Assembly (NCBI GenBank): GCA_001724265.1
Contig: MEDY01000187.1
Span: forward strand, 1-64,000
Origin: Rhizaria sp. SCN 62-66
Taxonomy: Eukaryota
Direction: 5' to 3'
Length of the DNA: 64,000 nucleotides
Position numbers and translations under genes: made by a program
The notes under the pieces: generated by a model
What the model was told of the DNA's origin: nothing
The model's database searches: none
The model's input: the letters and a program-made list of their open reading frames with translations, nothing else
Part shown: positions 61,301 to 64,000 of the stretch, piece by piece
How the letters are laid out: every line of letters begins with the position of its first letter
How positions within the stretch are numbered: position 1 is the first letter of the stretch

Positions 61301-63181
61301 GACGTGTTTGTCGCGGCTGACAAAGCTGTCTGTCACGTCCAGTGGCACAGTCAAACACCCACTACGACTTCACACAGCACTTCCCAGTCGCAACAGCAGC
61401 GCGGACAGCAGCGCCAGCCGCAACATCAGCAACGGCAACATCCGCAGCCGAGCCGCCGCCCCCGCGTCCGCACTCTCGCGCTGGCGGACAGCGCCGTCCT
61501 GCGCCTCGCGCCGGCCGCGCCGCAGACAAGGTGGCGCGGCTGCGTGCTCACAGCGCGGCGCGACGGCGCAGTGCAGCTCGTCGACCCGCGGGCACCGCCC
61601 GCAAGGCACCATGGCTCCGAGAAACCCAGTGCCGCGCTGAGTCAGGCGGGCGGTGCTGGTGCTGGTGCCGGCGCTGTTGTGGCGCATTTGGCGCAGTTGG
61701 GCGGCGCCGTGACGTGGCTACACGCGTTTGGCGAGGCCGACGCCACAGCGGCGTGCGCGCGTGCTGTGCTGGGAGGCGACTGCAGGCGAGGGCGACGTGC
61801 GGTGAAGCGCAGCAGCCATGGTCAGCAGCTTGGACACCATCGTGTGAGCCATCACGTGAGCGATTCCGAGAGCGACAGCGATGAACGCGATGGTGATATC
61901 GACTCCGACCGCGAGAATGAGTCCTGGTATGATGTGACAAAGGTTTATCGCGACAGTGACACACGCGCGACGCCACCATTTGCGTCAACACAGGCCACAC
62001 CAACCCCTAGCAGTGCATGCGATAGACTGAGCGGTGTCGGCAATCCACACTGGTTTGCTGCTGCGTCCACCGACGGCACTGTCTGCATTGGCGACATCCG
62101 TCGCGGTTCCTCGCCATTGGACAGCACCGCGAGCGCAATCGCCCCCACTCAATCCGAGCATATCACGCCGTCGTCGCCGCTCTGGGGGCTGGCGCGCGCT
62201 CCTACCGCCTCAGAGCGCGCGCAGTCGCAGCCGTCAGTGCTGTATTCGCTGCGCGGCCATCCCAGCTCCGTGCTGCCGTTGCGCGGTGCTGTGAACACGC
62301 GGGAGACGGCAGTGTTTCTGGGCGGTGGCGACGGCGTCGTGCGGGCGTGGGACGTGGCCACGGGGCTCTCCGTCGCTGAAGTGGCCGCGATTCCCGTGTC
62401 ATGGCTCTCGAGTAGCATGCAGCCTAAACCGAGTTTCATTGGAAGCAATGCACACAACAAAAGCGAGAGCTCCCGGACATCGCTATTTGGGAATGTTCCG
62501 ACAGATTCAGTGACTCTGGCACGTACACACCCGGCTCAAGCGTGGCAGCAGGCCCCGTCGCCTGCCGTCGTGCTCGACAACATTCGCACGGCCCCCTGGG
62601 CGTAGGGCCAGACATCGGACAGCGACAGACTTGGCACGATCGAGACTGGCACATGGTTGAACTCGAACAGCTCTCGCCACTGCCCAGTACACTCTACTGC
62701 TGCTGATGACCGACCCACTCGCGCTAGCAACGCTACAATGCATTCTTCGCATTCTTCACTTACGTGCCCCGGTTGCCGATTGGCTGTCGCAGCTGCTGAA
62801 GCTGAGTGCCGAGCTCGGGGACAGTGGGCGGGTGCGATTGGCCGTGTTATGAACACTCTTGCAACCACTGATGCAGATGCTGTGCGCACACAGATGAGCA
62901 TCAGTCGCAAAGACAAGGTCGCTGGTAAGAATGCAAGCGATGCGCCCAGTGACGACGTGACGCCACAATTTCAACCGCCGCGTGTCTCGTTTGCACTCGC
63001 GTGGGATCCCTCATGGCAAGGGCTGTTTGTGGCGCACGAGGTCGAGCACTGTGCAGTGTCGGTGCCCCCACGTGCGAGTGACCGCGCGAATGATCATCGC
63101 AACGGCGAGAGCGCAAGTGGAGCAACCACAGCTGTAGTGATGAAAGGTGGCATCTCTGCATTCCACTTTCCCGGACTTTGA
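58352..63181 (+). CDS. DCAF4/WDR21-like WD40 protein, ~1543 codons; exons 58352-59243, 59442-63181; in-frame TAG at 59939-59941 and 62603-62605
   Basis: N-terminal FVLDPTTNKFYR and WD40 motifs TARRDGAVQLVDPR, AASTDGTVCIGDIR, LRGHPSSVLPL...GGGDGVVRAWDV follow the DCAF4 order. Phase-1 intron 59244-59441 (GTGCGT...TATAG). ORFs 59381, 60059 and 62657 share one frame. Ends in TGA. Confidence 0.7.
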
Positions 63182-63463
63182 GTTCTTTTCAACGCATCAT
63201 GAAGTGATTTAAGACGAAATTAAAATCATATTTTATTCTTTACTTTAAAACAGCTATATTAGACGTGAAACATACTTAGAGTTGTCTCATAATGAGATAC
63301 ATAGTGACTCGCATATGATTGCAGCAAAATACACTCTTAAGCAATTAAGGAACAAACTCAAACAAAATCAAACTCAGTCTGGTTCAATTAGTGATCCCAA
63401 CGAAAATCAGAACAGATCAACATGACAAACTTATACTCGTTCAAAAAAGAAGCATTTAACAAC

Positions 63464-64000
63464 TTACTCGGCGGCGGGGTCAAGCGAGCCGAGAGCACGC
63501 ATGCTACCGTCACCGCACACCACGAGCACACTGATCGCGCCGTTCGCAGCGTTGGCGCAGACAACCTGCTTGACACCAAGGGGGAAGCCACCGCCGGCAG
63601 CGTGCGCCGCGAGCAGCGCCGCGAGGCCCGTCACACCAGACGCGTCCTTGCGCGTCGCCGAGCTCGAGCTCTCCTTGCTGGCGTCCTTGCCGGCGGCAGG
63701 GCCGTCCGCGAGAGAGGACACCGCGGCGGTTGCGTGCGTGTACACGTGCTGCAGACGCAGACCGGGGCCGATGGCGACACCGCTGTTCGCGAGGTACAAA
63801 GCCATGCTGACGCACTCATCGTCATCATCGCCGCCGTTGGCACCAGCAAGCGCAGCATCAACGACAGTCTGCACGGATAGCAAAGCCGCAGCAGTGGCGG
63901 CCCGTGTGGAAGAAGTCGACGTGGTGTTCTGCGCCGCGTTGGCACCGTCACCGCCGCTGCTGCCGCTGGATTTGTTGCGCTGCTGCGGCTGCTGCAGGTC
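63464..64000 (-). CDS. 3' end of a gene running off the window (possibly a beta-propeller C-terminus)
   Basis: Open, GC-rich frame from the window edge to TAA at 63464-63466; VLVVCGDGSMRAL looks like a WD40 strand pair. Confidence 0.6.
   Translation of the reverse strand, partial: DLQQPQQRNKSSGSSGGDGANAAQNTTSTSSTRAATAAALLSVQTVVDAALAGANGGDDDDECVSMALYLANSGVAIGPGLRLQHVYTHATAAVSSLADGPAAGKDASKESSSSATRKDASGVTGLAALLAAHAAGGGFPLGVKQVVCANAANGAISVLVVCGDGSMRALGSLDPAAE

Noticed and set aside
59939-62605. Pyrrolysine or selenocysteine explanation for the in-frame stops
   Set aside because: Sec uses UGA, Pyl is not known from eukaryotes, and the sites are non-catalytic linkers.
1-64000. CRISPR arrays, transposases, rRNA genes, operon structure
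   Set aside because: No repeat-spacer array, transposase or reverse-transcriptase motif, or rRNA-like sequence was seen; gene structure is eukaryotic.

Overview
Gene-dense nuclear DNA from a eukaryote, probably a protist (I cannot name the organism). Exons are GC-rich and full of Ala/Ser/Gln runs; intergenic DNA is AT-rich; the 13 GT-AG introns I could place are 149-225 nt. About 14 protein genes: an ARM-like hypothetical protein, a YjdJ/NATD1-type GNAT, a small mitochondrial-presequence protein, SEL1L/Hrd3, an RsfS/MALSU1-like factor, a cyclin (J-like), GABA aminotransferase, a ~5,060-aa Nup188-like protein, an ABC half-transporter, delta-COP, a coronin-like WD40 protein, a PH + EDR2-C protein, a DCAF4-like protein and a partial gene at the right edge. 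The main signal is a possible non-standard genetic code. Three single in-frame TAG codons interrupt otherwise continuous reading frames (2428-2430 minus; 59939-59941 and 62603-62605 plus), while all 14 modelled genes end in TAA or TGA. This suggests UAG is read as an amino acid while UAA and UGA remain stops. Other signals: a structured Pol III-like ncRNA at 15975-16086, delta-COP without its mu-homology domain, FG repeats fused to a Nup188-like scaffold, a sharp ~150-nt lower limit on intron length, and a +1 frame break in the PH-EDR2 gene. All family calls come from motif recognition by eye, not from database searches.
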